Assembly: GCA_002269645.1 (NCBI GenBank)
Contig: NIVC01000127.1
Span: 186,001-250,000, forward strand
DNA length: 64,000 bases
Direction of reading: 5' to 3'
From: Macrostomum lignano
Lineage: Eukaryota
In this document: one piece after another, positions 43,501-54,840 of the stretch
Layout of the letters: each line of letters starts with the position of its first letter
Position numbering within the stretch: the stretch's first letter is position 1
Notes under the pieces: model-generated
The model's database searches: none
What the model saw: the letters and a program-made list of their open reading frames with translations, nothing else
What the model was told of the DNA's origin: nothing
Translations under genes and position numbers: made by a program

Positions 43501-46500
43501 GACTGCAGCTGCCTGACTCACTGCTCACCATTGACTAAAGGTTAGAAGAGCAAGTTAACTGAAGCCGGGATAGATAATTCTGCAGAACACAGGCTTTGAA
43601 ACTAAAAAAAATTTATACGGTATCTTGTGTAACTATAGTTACACAAGGTTTTAAGGCATCATTCTTGTTATTGTATTCATTAATGGAGACTAACTAGACG
43701 ATAAAAAAATAATAGACTACTCTAGCGAACCTCCATCTGATCTAGTGTTACCTGAAATTCGATAAAGCGTACTTCCATTCTAGTCTAGTGTACTTCCAAT
43801 CTGATCTAGTGTACTTCCAATCTGATCTAGTGTACTTCCAATCTGATCTAGTGTACTTCCAATCTGATCTAGTGTACTTCCAATCTGATCTAGTGTACTT
43901 CCAATCTGATCTAGTGTACTTCCAATCTTATCTAGTGTACTTCCAATCTGATCTAGTGTACTTCTAATCTGATCTAGTGTACTTCCAAATTGGGATCAAA
44001 GCACACGTTAACCCTGATGTAGTGGGCAGCTGTTAGAGAAACATGGAAAAAAGACACTGCAAAATGAAACACCGTGCATTGAAAAAATGAATTTATTCAA
44101 AAAATACCGAATGCACGCATCATACTACTGATATGGGGGTTGCCAGTAGAGTAGCTACCTGTAGTTTCCTCGGCCACACGCCTGGACTCGTTAATCATCT
44201 CGTTAAGATTGGGCACCATGCCGAGCAGGCCGAAACCCGAGCTGCGACGCCGGCGGGACGGCTGCACGCCGCTGGCTGGGACTGCCGGAAAATAGGAGGG
44301 GCCAGCTGTATATACTACTGCCAGCGACAGGCGTGCACATTGGGCGGCAAATTTTAGTAACAGCAAGTACAGACAGTGACCGGCCGCTTCTAATAGCAGA
44401 ATTAAAAAAATGTCTTATTGTCTTATTGAGATATTCCCTTGTAATAATTACTGTCCTTACCCAAGAACGAAATCGGATTATTTATGACCAGGTTATCCCT
44501 TTCCATAACGATCAGGTGTGGTGAAGAGTTGATAGATCAGACAGGTGTGTAGTGAAGAGTTGATAGATCAGACAGGTGTGTGTAGTGAAGAGTTGATAGA
44601 TCAGACAGGTGTGTGTAGTGAAGAGTTGATAGATCAGACAGGTGTGTGTAGTGAAGAGTTGATAGATCAGACAGGTGTGTGTGGTGAAGAGTTGATAGAT
44701 CAGACAGGTGTGTGTGGTGAAGAGTTGATAGATCAGACAGGTGTGTGTGGTGAAGAGTTGATAGATCAGACAGGTGTGTGTGGTGAAGAGTTGATAGATC
44801 AGACAGGTGTGTGTGGTGAAGAGTTGATAGATCAGACAGGTGTGTGTGGTGAAGAGTTGATAGATCAGACAGGTGTGTGTAGTGAAGAGTTGATAGATCA
44901 GACAGGTGTGTGTAGTGAAGAGTTGATAGATCAGACAGGTGTGTGTGGTGAAGAGTTGATAGATCAGACAGGTGTGTGTGGTGAAGAGTTGATAGATCAG
45001 ACAGGTGTGTGTGGTGAAGAGTTGATAGATCAGACAGGTGTGTGTGGTGAAGAGTTGATAGATCAGACAGGTGTGTGTGGTGAAGAGTTGATAGATCAGA
45101 CAGGTGTGTGTAGTGAAGAGTTGATAGATCAGACAGGTGTGTGTGGTGAAGAGTTGATAGATCAGACAGGTGTGTGTAGTGAAGAGTTGATAGATCAGAC
45201 AGGTGTGTGTGGTGAAGAGTTGATAGATCAGACAGGTGTGTGTGGTGAAGAGTTGATAGATCAGACAGGTGTGTGTGGTGAAGAGTTGATAGATCAGACA
45301 GGTGTGTGTGGTGAAGAGTTGATAGATCAGACAGGTGTGTGTAGTGAAGAGTTGATGGATCAGACAGGTGTGTGTAGTGAAGAGTTGATAGATCAGACAG
45401 GTGTGTGTAGTGAAGAGTTGATAAGGCAGGTGTGTGTGGTGAAGAGTTGATAAGGCAGGTGTGTGTAGTGAAGAGTTGATTAGCTTATCATTAACATAAT
45501 AATTTAGTTAGTATAATTAAACAAAGTGAGCTGTTTTGGCCAGCAAATATTCACGATTATATAAAGAGACTTCCACAAAATCATTTTATGACTAATAATC
45601 GTGTGGAAAAATACTTCAGTAGTTTTAGCTCTGTCGCTGCACTTTCGGAGTTACTAGCAATTTTAGCTACTGAGAGTAGAGTAGCTTGAAAAAAGCGATA
45701 AAAAAGGAAGACAAATGAAATGAAAATGTTGAACTTTGCTTAGGGGTAATGTTTGGTTAAATAAGTTGACCACAGACAGGCAAACTTGTTTTAAAGCACA
45801 AAAATAAAATAATAATATTTGAAAGTAAAAACTCAAAAATTATTCGAACACAATAGCAATTGAAACTAAGGCTGCGTGCTGTGATTTTCACGAAAATTTA
45901 CATACACAGGAGACTGAGCATTCAGCAGCTAATTAGTACTGTATGGGATTTTACTGTCTCAATAATGCAATAAATGCTGAGCAGGGTGCGCTCGTAATGT
46001 TAGATAATTAGTAATATCCGTACCTGGTCCCGCTTTTGATTCCGGGGAACCAACTTTGAACTGAACAGCTATAAATATAATGAGGGCAAAACAGCAAATT
46101 TATCAGAATGCACAGGTTTAAACAGACTGGTAAGTTGAGCGAATTTGTGTGGCTTAAAATTCGGTAAGATCTACTTAGAGTAGTACACAACAACTCAAAA
46201 AAGTAAAAAAGATACACATACACAAGTTAAGACTGCAAAATGAAGCACGAACAAAAGTTTGCACTAATTCAAATTCAAAATGGCACTCAAGTATTACTCA
46301 CAAATCAAAATGGCACTCAAATATTACTCACAAATCAAAATGGCACTCAAGTATTACTCACAAATCAAAATGGCACTCAAATATTACTCACAAATCAAAA
46401 TGGCACTCAAATATTACTCACAAATCAAAATGGCACACAAATATTACTCACAAATCAAAATGGCACACAAATATTACTCACAAATAAAAAAGGCACACAA

Positions 46501-49500
46501 AGAATGGTCACAAATCAAAAATGGCACTCAAATAATACTCACAAATCAAAATGGCACACAAATAATGGTCACAAATAAAAAATGGCACACAAATAATACT
46601 CACAAATCAAAATGGCACACAAAAATGTTGACAAATCAAAAATGACACACAAATAATGTTCAAAAAACAAAAATGGCACACAAATAATGGTCACAAATCA
46701 AAAATGGCACTCAAATAATACTCACAAATCAAAATGGCACACAAATGTTACTCACAAATCAAAATGGCACTGAAATAATGGTCATAAATAAAAAAAGGCA
46801 CACAAATAATGTTCACAAATCAAAAATGGCACACAAAAAATGTTCACAAATCAAAAATGGCACACAAAAAATGTTCACAAATCAAAAATGGCACTCAAAT
46901 AATACTCACAAATCTAAATGGCACACAAACGTTACTCACAAATCAAAATGGCACTGAAAAAATGGTCATAAATCAAAAATGGCACACAAATAATGTTCAC
47001 AAATCAAAAATGACACACAAATAATAGTCACAAATTAAAAAATGGCAGACAAATAATAGTCAGTTTGTTCTAAATGGCACACAAACGTTACTCACAAATC
47101 AAAATGGCACTGAAAAAATGGTCATAAATCAAAAATGGCACACAAATAATGTTCACAAATCAAAAATGACACACAAATAATAGTCACAAATTAAAAAATG
47201 GCAGACAAATAATAGTCAGTTTGTTCAAAATGGCACACACAACTGGCAGAAATTCGAACTTAAATACCAATCGAAGAATTCGCAAAAGTTTGATGCGACA
47301 TATAAATTTTCGTCGCTCACCTTCCTCGTCGCCGAACGGTTCGCCTTCGCCCTCGCCGTCGGTGTCAGCGGCCGAGAGGCTGGACAGGGCCAGCTCTAGA
47401 GCGGCGGCGCTGCTCAGTACGACGGATTTTTTACGAGCGCCAACGCTGCCAGCTCGGAAGCGCATGGCAACTGCGGCGGCGTCGGCGGCAGTGGCGGAGG
47501 CGCCGGAGCCCAGGCGTGTGCGGCCGCGTCGCCGGCCTTCGACGGCGGCCTTGGCCTTGGCCAGCTCGTCGTCTGCGTTTTGCGGCGTGGGGAAGAGAAA
47601 TAGTTGAAAGATTTTGTTCAAAACTTGTTTAAAAAACTCCATGCATATCCTAAGTAGTCTACTTTCGATGCCAGTGAGTAGCATCTAAAGCTTTTAATAC
47701 GGAGGATTAAAGTTAATGTTTTTAGCAAACGATACTGCAGTTAAAATTGAATGCCATTAAAAGCAGACAGGCAGCACGTAGCAGCACTCACCGCCCTGTC
47801 CTTTATCCAAAAAAGTCATGTTGGTGACGCAGCTGGTGTCAACAAAGTCTGCCAGTTTTCCGAGCGTGACCCTGAGCAGTTGGTACAGGGTATTGAATGC
47901 ACTGATCTGTATAATTGTTTAATAAATCAAAAAGTCTAATTGCGTAGAAAATAGATTATACGATTTGGGATGAGATGAGATTTTATGTCTGGGATATCTG
48001 AAAAGAGCTTTTTATACCTAGAAGGAGATTTTGATATCAAGAATGAGATTTTGATATCTAAGATGAAATTTTTATATCTAGCATGAGATTTTGACACAAA
48101 GAAAGAGATTTTGATATCTAGTATGAGATTTTGGTATCTAGGATGAGATTTTGATATTTAGAATCAGAGTTAGAATCAGAGATTTTGATATCTAGGATGA
48201 GATTTTGATGTCTAGGATGAGATTTTGATTTTTAGAATGATATCTCTAGAGCGTTATGGACAAACATACAAACAAACAAATATTAGAGATTAAGTATATT
48301 TAGATTTTGACATCTAGAATGAGATTTTGATATCTAGTATGAGATTTTTATGTGTAGCCTGAGATTTTGACATAAAGTAAGATATTTTGATATCTAGAAT
48401 GAGATTTCTAATTCTTATTTTGACAATGAAAAATACCTGGTGCCATTGATGTAGCCGCTCTGCAGCTTCTTAATAGTGGTGTACAGCGAAGGTGCCTGCT
48501 CGCTGGAGTCCGCATTGAAGTACCAGTGGTACACAGGTATGATGAACAGCGGCCGGCCAACAGCCGACCAGGTGCGCCGCAGGAAGGCCACATCAGTGCG
48601 CAGCATGTCTAACAGGAAGTCCAAGTCCAGGCTCAGGTAGAACGAATGATGATCGAGGAACTGCGGAGTGAAGGCCACGGTGCGCTGGCCAACAATGTAC
48701 AGCTTGCTGGTGGCCAGGATGCCGACCTCGCTGGACTGGCGGCCGCTGAGGCCCAGCTGGTGGCACTTGCCCAGGTGCCGATAGAAATGACTCAACACCT
48801 TGGCCGGGAACACCCGGATCTTGGTTTCCTTGTACATCTCGGCAAAGTCTTGCACCTGCTTCAGTCCGAATTGGGTCTCCAGGGTGCGACGGATTTTGGC
48901 GTCTTCGGCAACCACCACAACCTGAAATTGGATCGCTTCATCAATCAGATTTCTACCTTTCTGACGCGGGGGAGATTTGGTTATCGAGAGAGGTGACAAG
49001 AAATTACAGATTCTAGGGAATAGATTACAGATCCTAGGACAGAGAGATTACAGATCCTAGGGAAGAGATTACATATCCTAGGAAAGAGAGATTACAGATC
49101 CTAGGGAAGAGAGATTACAGATTCTAGGGAAGAGAGATTACAGATCTTAGGGAAGAGAGATTACAGATCCTAGGGAAGAGAGATTACAGATCTTAGGGAA
49201 GAGAGATTACAGATCCTAGGGAAGAGAGATTACAGACTCTAGGGAAGAGAGATTACAGATCCTAGGGAAGAGAGATTACAGATCCTAGGGAAGAGAGATT
49301 ACAGATCCTAGGGAAGAGAGATTACAGATCCTAGGGAAGAGAGATTACAGATCCTAGGGAAGAGAGATTACAGACTCTAGGGAAGAGAGATTACAGACTC
49401 TAGGGAAGAGAGATTACAGATCCTAGGGAAGAGAGATTACAGACTCTAGGGAAGAGAGATTACAGATCCTAGGGAAGAGAGATTACAGACTCTAGGGAAG

Positions 49501-52500
49501 AGAGATTACAGATCTTAGGGAAGAGAGATTACAGATCTTAGGGAAGAGAGATTACAGATCTTAGGGAAGAGAGATTACAGACTCTAGGGAAGAGAGATTA
49601 CAGACTCTAGGGAAGAGAGATTACAGACTCTAGGGAAGAGAGATTACAGACTCTAGGGAAGAGAGATTACAGACTCTAGGGAAGAGAGATTACAGATCCT
49701 AGGGAAGAGAGATTACAGACTCTAGGGAAGAGAGATTACAGACTCTAGGGAAGAGAGATTACAGATTCTATGAAAGAGAGATTACAGATTCTATGAAAGA
49801 GAGATTACAGATTCTAGGGAAGAGAGATTACAGATCCTAGGGAAGAGAGATTACAGATCCTAGGGAAGAGAGATTACAGATCCTAGGGAAGAGAGATTAC
49901 AGATCCTAGGGAAGAGAGATTACAGATCCTAGGGAAGAGAGATTACAGATCCTAGGGAAGAGAGATTACAGATCCTAGGGAAGAGAGATTACAGACTCTA
50001 GGGAAGAGAGATTACAGACTCTAGGGAAGAGAGATTACAGACTCTAGGGAAGAGAGATTACAGACTCTAGGGAAGAGAGATTACAGACTCTAGGGAAGAG
50101 AGATTACAGACTCTAGGGAAGAGAGATTACAGATCTTAGGGAAGAGAGATTACAGATCTTAGGGAAGAGAGATTACAGACTCTAGGGAAGAGAGATTACA
50201 GACTCTAGGGAAGAGAGATTACAGACTCTAGGGAAGAGAGATTACAGACTCTAGGGAAGAGAGATTACAGATCCTAGGGAAGAGAGATTACAGATCCTAG
50301 GGAAGAGAGATTACAGACTCTAGGGAAGAGAGATTACAGACTCTAGGGAAGAGAGATTACAGACTCTAGGGAAGAGAGATTACAGACTCTAGGGAAGAGA
50401 GATTACAGACTCTAGGGAAGAGAGATGACAGATTCTAGGAAAGAGAGATTACAGATCCTAGGGAAGAGAGATTACAGATTCTAGGGAAGAGAGATGACAG
50501 ATTCTAGGAAAGAGAGATTACAGATCCTAGGAAAGAGAGATTACAGATCCTAGGGAAGAGAGATTACAGATCCTAGGGAAGGGAGATTGCAGATCCTAGG
50601 GAAGAGAGATTACAGATCCTAGGGAAGAGATTACAGATGCAGAGGGCATACGTCATGGATAGGATGGGGGAACACAGAATAGAGAGCAGCTGAGTAGCAA
50701 CCCACCTGCACCACCAAGTCGGGCTTAGCCTCGAGTCCCAGGCGCCTCCCGATGGGGTCAATCTCTTGCGGCCGCAGGAATTTGTCGCGCAACAGCTGGC
50801 AGATGACGTACAACGATTGAGTCCACAGGTGCGGCAGCGCACCAACCGGGTGGCGATCCTGGCTACCCGGAGCGGCCCGCTCTGCTGCAACCAGGTGCCC
50901 GGGCACGCTGTAGGACTCGGGCATCTGCGGCAGTCCGTCAGAGTTCAGCAGAGCCAGCCGGTCCAGCAGGCGGGCGAAGCGGTCCGCCCGCTCGTCAGAG
51001 TCGGCGAACTGCGCGTCCAGCAGCTGGTAGCAGAGGAACAGGGGCCACTCGCACTCGATATTCTCGAACTGGCGCAGCTCCCAGGGCTCGTAATAGAGCC
51101 GGTTAGGGTCCTCAACGGCTGTGCGGTAGCCGTCGCGCAGGAAGCGCCGGTAGCCGTACCTGGGGTGGGATTTTCGGTGGATGATTATAAAGGGATTAGC
51201 GAGGCTGAGACTCGAAAAGGAAGGTTAAAAGCAATTTTAAAACTAACTAGGAATAGAATTTTATTGAATCAGTTGGGAAATGGTTGGGATAAAGAACAGG
51301 ATGGATGGAATGGGGAACAGGATGGATTGGATGGGGAACAGGATGGATGGGATGAGGAACAGGATGGATGGGATGGGGAACAGGATGGATTGGATGGGGA
51401 ACAGGATGGATGGGATGAGGAACAGGATGGATGGGATGGGGGAGCAGGATGGGATGGGGAACAGGATGGATGGGATGGGGGAGCAGGATGGGATGGGGAA
51501 CAGGACGGATGGGATGGGGAACAGGATGAATGGGATGGGGAACAGGATGGGGTGGGGAACAGGATGGGGTGGGGAAAAGGATGGGAACAGGATGGATGGG
51601 ATGGGGGAGCAGGATGGGATGGGGAACAGGATGGATGGGATGGGGAGCAGGATGGGATGGGGAACAGGATGGATGGGATGGGGGAACAGGATGAATGGGA
51701 TGGGGAACAGGATGGGGTGGGGAACAGGATGGATGGGACGGGGAACAGGATGGATGGGGTGGGGAGCAGGATGGATGGGATGGGGAACAGGATGGATGGG
51801 GAACAGGATGGATGGGATGGGGAACAGGATGGATGGGGTGGGGAGCAGGATGGATGGGATGGGGAACAGGATGGATGGGGAACAGGATGGATGGGGTGGG
51901 GAGCAGGATGGATGGGATGGGGAACAGGATGGATGGGGAACAGGATGGATGGGGTGGGGAGCAGGATGGGATGGGGAACAGGATGGATGGGGAACAGGAT
52001 ATATGGGGTGGGGAGCAGGATGGGATGGGGAACAGGATGGATGGGTGAGGAGCAGGATGGGATGGGGAACAGGATGGATGGGTGGGGAGCAGGATGGGAT
52101 GGGGAACAGGATGGATGGGGAACAGGATGGGGAACAGGGTACACTGATAGGACACACTATACGAGTGAGATAGAGTGAGGAATGGGATGGAGAGTAGCAG
52201 TACAGTAAAAGTACGATTCCCTCTAACACTGAACAAAAACAAGATCCTAGCGCTAATTAGTCAGGCGCTTGATGCTCTCACCTGCCCTGCAGCATGCTGT
52301 CAATGCAATTCCTAGTGCTGGCAACCAGCTCTTCCCTATCCACAGCGAATGCCGGATAGCCAATAACAGCCAGCAGGCCAGCGTCAGTCTCCTTGGAGCA
52401 GCTCTCCCTCGGCAGCATGGTGTCCAGCACGGCCGCGCAGTTCTGCGAGTCGTCAGCCATCACGTGGATAAACGATCGACAGCCGCCCGAGCTGCCGTAC

Positions 52501-54031
52501 AGGTCGAGCTCGGACAGCGCCTCCAGAGCCGCCTTGGTCATGCCTATAGAGGTGGAGTTGAGCTCCGGCTGGCCATTGTTAGTCTTGTCGCCTCGTTCCC
52601 ACACGCCGTAGTCGCAGGTCATATAGGCCGCGTCAAGGTAGAACACAAGATTCTGTACGAATGCAGTCTCTTCGGCTGTGTAAACAAGCACCAAGCCTGA
52701 GGCGGTCATCTGTGCCAGGGCTAGCAGGTACAGGGCGACAGCGTCGAACTGCAGGTGGCCATAGTTGGAATCGCCAGTGACTGGCGACAGGCTGCTGGCT
52801 GAGAACTTGCAGTGCAGCGCGTCCAGTGGCTGCCTGGTGTGCTTGAACCGCTCCACCTGCGCAGTGGGTTTGTGCTGGGCATCGTTAATAACAAAGCCCA
52901 AAGGCATTTGCGGTAAAATGGAAAAAATCTGTTAGATTTAAAGTTTAGGTCTCGTGAAGTTTAGGTCTAGTGAAGTTTAGGTCTTGTCAAGTTTAGGTCC
53001 TGTCAAGTTTAGGTCTTGTCAAGTTTAGGTCTTGTCAAGTTTAGGTCTTGTAAACTTTAGGTCTTGTGAAGTTTAGGTCTCGTGGAGTTTAGGTCTTGTC
53101 AAGTTTAGGTCTTGTGAAGTTTAACTCTTGTGAAATTTAGTTCTTGCGCAGTTTAGGTGTCGTGAAGTTTAGGTCTTGTAAACTTTAAGTCTCGTGAAGT
53201 TTAGGTCTCGTGGAGTTTAGGTCTTGTAAAGTTTAGGTGTTGTGAAGTTTATTTCTTGTCAAGTTTAGGTCTCGTAAAGTTTTGGTCTTGTGAAGTTTAG
53301 GTCTTGTGAAGTTTGGGTCTTGCGCAGTTTAGGTCTCGTGAAGTTTAGGTCTCGTGGAGTTTAGGTCTTGTCAAGTTTAGGTCTTGTGAAGTTAGGTCTT
53401 GTGAAGTTTAACTCTTGTGAAATTTAGTTCTTGCGCAGTTTAGGTCTCGTGAAGTTTAGGTCTCGTGAAATATAGTTATTGTGAATTCTAGGTCTTGTGA
53501 AGTATAGTTCTTGTGAAGTTTAAGTCTCGTGAAGTTTAGGTTTTGTGAAAGCGCCCCCTCCCTGAATCCATCTGGACGCGCGAGGAATCGAACCCGGGAC
53601 CGTTTGCTCGAGAGAGAGAGACACTTCACCAAAGCATCAAGGTAAGACAGCCGCTAACGGGAGCGCGTGAAATTTACAAAGAAGCCAGCAATAATTAATA
53701 GATATTTAGTGTCTGTGAATTCTAATTTAAACACATTCATCACCTTATCAGCCTGACGCATCATACAGGCCAGCAGGCTCCGCATGCACTTGATAGTCCG
53801 ACCTTCGAGGTCTCGCAGCCTAGCCCTATCCTGGTCCTCTTCGGCCACCTTTTTGAAGGCCAAAGCCAGCGCCCAGGTGCACATGGCAGCGTAGGTGTTG
53901 TCCCGGATGTAGGCATGATCGCTGCTGGGCGTAGATGGTATCAATCCCGTGATGTCATTCTGCCTGGCCAGCACAGTCTTCAGCACCAGGCTGTGGTAAT
54001 AGTCCAAGTTCTTTCTGGGCTCTGGCGACGA
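36767..54031 (-). CDS. PHKA: Phosphorylase b kinase regulatory subunit alpha, 13 predicted coding exons, ~1270 aa, C-terminal CaaX CPVQ
   Basis: GT-AG exons with compatible phases: 54031-53744, 52856-52282, 51159-50706, 48921-48437, 47871-47792, 47572-47321, 44305-44159, 42616-42409, 41967-41766, 40039-39784, 39412-39314, 38875-38850, 37510-36767 (sum 3816 nt, divisible by 3). Peptides match PHKA ([70 protein letters not shown]). No ATG seen at the first exon. Confidence 0.93.
37575..38065 (+). mobile_element. RTE-clade LINE 3' fragment in the last PHKA intron
   Basis: [47 protein letters not shown] matches the RTE/BovB C-terminal pattern (LKYFGH..R....G.IEG.RRRGR). Confidence 0.7.
38850..38875 (-). 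CDS. PHKA: PHKA candidate 26-nt microexon (12)
   Basis: TTATTCAG|CGGAGGACGAGCAGATCTCGTTGGAG|GTGAGG; converts phase 1 to phase 0 as the flanking exons require. Confidence 0.6.
39314..39412 (-). CDS. PHKA: PHKA exon 11
   Basis: [29 protein letters not shown]. Confidence 0.9.
39545..39775. repeat. Degenerate 12-14 bp minisatellite next to a splice donor
   Basis: TAGCTGCCCTCTG repeated. Confidence 0.9.
39784..40039 (-). CDS. PHKA: PHKA exon 10
   Basis: [17 protein letters not shown]...[18 protein letters not shown]...[11 protein letters not shown]. Confidence 0.93.
40088..41652. repeat. Minisatellite, 29-bp unit, ~54 copies, with a 528-bp higher-order duplication
   Basis: CCTACGAGTATAAGATTCGAACCCCTGAC; rare variants recur 528 bp apart (40491/41019, 40941/41469). 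Confidence 0.97.
41766..41967 (-). CDS. PHKA: PHKA exon 9
   Basis: GLDYSTG...[35 protein letters not shown]...TDLLVRQKH. Confidence 0.92.
42409..42616 (-). CDS. PHKA: PHKA exon 8
   Basis: [25 protein letters not shown] resembles PHKA L..QL.....L.EQADILY.LY..K. Confidence 0.85.
42647..43536. repeat. Minisatellite, 32/36-bp unit, ~26 copies
   Basis: GACTCACTG(C/T)TCACCATTGACT(GACT)GCAGCTG(C/A)CT repeated. Confidence 0.97.
43786..43986. repeat. Minisatellite, 21-bp unit, ~9 copies
   Basis: TCTAGTGTACTTCCAATCTGA repeated. Confidence 0.95.
44159..44305 (-). CDS. PHKA: PHKA exon 7 (variable region)
   Basis: TACAG|...|GTAGCT, phase 1-1, open frame AGPSYFP...[13 protein letters not shown]...EETT; little family similarity, so assigned by phase and position. 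Confidence 0.65.
44512..45480. repeat. Minisatellite, 33-bp unit, ~29 copies
   Basis: GTGTGT(A/G)GTGAAGAGTTGATAGATCAGACAGGT repeated. Confidence 0.97.
46268..47235. repeat. Degenerate AT-rich minisatellite, ~30-bp unit, ~31 copies
   Basis: TCACAAATCAAAATGGCACTCAAATATTAC repeated, with increasing divergence. Confidence 0.95.
47321..47572 (-). CDS. PHKA: PHKA exon 6 (variable region)
   Basis: CGCAG|ACGACG...GAGGAAG|GTGAGC, phase 1-1, GC-rich open frame. Confidence 0.7.
47792..47871 (-). CDS. PHKA: PHKA exon 5
   Basis: [23 protein letters not shown] matches PHKA RV..G.L.EF..TSC...L.F.D. Confidence 0.9.
47965..48408. repeat. Degenerate 20-bp minisatellite
   Basis: ATGAGATTTTGATATCTAG(T/A/G) repeated, with interruptions. 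Confidence 0.85.
48437..48921 (-). CDS. PHKA: PHKA exon 4
   Basis: VVVVAED...[20 protein letters not shown]...[16 protein letters not shown]...GRP...[12 protein letters not shown]. Confidence 0.93.
49000..50640. repeat. Minisatellite, 23-bp unit, ~70 copies
   Basis: GGGAAGAGAGATTACAGA(TC/CT)CTA repeated. Confidence 0.97.
50706..51159 (-). CDS. PHKA: PHKA exon 3
   Basis: [11 protein letters not shown]...[11 protein letters not shown]...PESYSVP...[10 protein letters not shown]...EIDPIGRR...KPDLVVQ. Confidence 0.93.
51285..52140. repeat. G-rich degenerate minisatellite (GGGGAACAGGATGGATGGGAT-type, 16-21 bp)
   Basis: Strongly purine/G-rich plus strand with dense GG, GGG and GGGG runs. Confidence 0.95.
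52282..52856 (-). CDS. PHKA: PHKA exon 2
   Basis: VERFK...DALHCKF...[21 protein letters not shown]...FVQNLVFY...[30 protein letters not shown]...LPRES.SKE.DA.LL....YPAFAV. Confidence 0.95.
52940..53548. repeat. Minisatellite, 16-bp unit, ~38 degenerate copies
   Basis: GAAGTTTAGGTCTTGT repeated. Confidence 0.93.
53575..53640 (-). mobile_element. tRNA-like head fragment (SINE remnant)
   Basis: Minus strand TGGTGAAGTG...CCGGGTTCGATTCC (A- and B-box-like); no complete cloverleaf. Confidence 0.45.
53744..54031 (-). CDS. PHKA: PHKA first identified coding exon (no ATG, phase-0 acceptor)
   Basis: CCTTCAG|TCG TCG CCA...[25 protein letters not shown]...RDNTY...WALALAFKK...[15 protein letters not shown]|GTGATG. 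Confidence 0.92.
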
Positions 54032-54107
54032 CTGAAGGTGTACAAGTGGCCAGTGCAAACTTATTCAATGCTGAGCAAGAGCATGTATTAGCCTTGTAGC
54101 ATATGCC

Positions 54108-54840
54108 AGGGGGGAACCTAGGGCTTAGAGTGTCAGACTCACAACTTGAAGGTCGGGGGGGGGGGGTTCGATTCCCAATCCCATAGGACCAACTTGTGTC
54201 CATGAGCAAGACACTTAACTCTGCATTGCTTCAGTTCACCTAGCTGTGAAATGGGTGCCGCCAGCATTAGCTGGGGTTATTGAGGGTGTGTTGTGACCCC
54301 CCAGTCCATGGACTGAACCACAAATACTAGAATAACCAGATGGGCCACTCAGGCATATAAACTTAGTAAATCAGCTTTCTACTTTCAGTTCAGTAGCAAA
54401 GAAGAATACATAAGCTATTTATAAAATAAAGTCAGCTGAAATGACTTTGATAAGTTTAGAAGCCCAAGCTTGCAGGCGTAAACAACTTGCTAATTTGTTC
54501 AGTAATAATGTACATTAGCCAGTCCACTGAAATGTACATGGCAACTTTAGGCTGGAATTCCGAGGAAGGCAATAAAAATTGGGGCAGGGTAGGGGGCAGT
54601 GTAGAAAGGCACAGTTTAAGGTTTTAAACTGGGAGGCCCATGAAGGTGGTAAGAGCCAATAAATGAGACTTGTCTTTAAAAATACATTAAAATGGTTTAG
54701 TTTAACACACTACTAAGCTGAAAGTAGCTTACAAGTAGCTCAAATGTGCTGAGTGGCCCATCTAGTTATTCTAGTATCTGTGGACTGAATAGCCATATGT
54801 AGCCTTCAGATATCCCACACAATATAGCTATGGCTGAGCT
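54108..54840 (+). mobile_element. tRNA-derived SINE copy 2, interrupted by a MITE
   Basis: GGTTCGATTCCC B-box plus GAGCAAGACACTTAACTCTGCATTGCTTCAGTTCACC. Homology to copy 1 stops at 54318 and resumes at 54784 (GACTGAATAGCC...GCCTTCAGAT...GGCTGAGC). Confidence 0.85.
54319..54783. mobile_element. 465-bp MITE with ~35-bp TIRs and 8-bp TSD, nested in the SINE
   Basis: TIR CACA(A/G)ATACTAGAATAAC(C/T)AGATGGG(G)CCACTCAG; TSD GACTGAAC (54311-54318) / GACTGAAT (54784-54791). Confidence 0.85.

Noticed and set aside
44545-45450. 301-aa [11 protein letters not shown] repeat ORF
   Set aside because: 33-bp intronic minisatellite antisense to PHKA; no start context or splice support
50766-52242. Long Gly/Trp/Asp-rich and Pro/His-rich ORFs
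   Set aside because: Translations of the G-rich intronic repeat plus the antisense of a PHKA exon
53575-53640. Possible functional tRNA gene
   Set aside because: A- and B-box-like motifs are present, but the anticodon arm is replaced by (CT)n and no acceptor stem forms; treated as a SINE remnant
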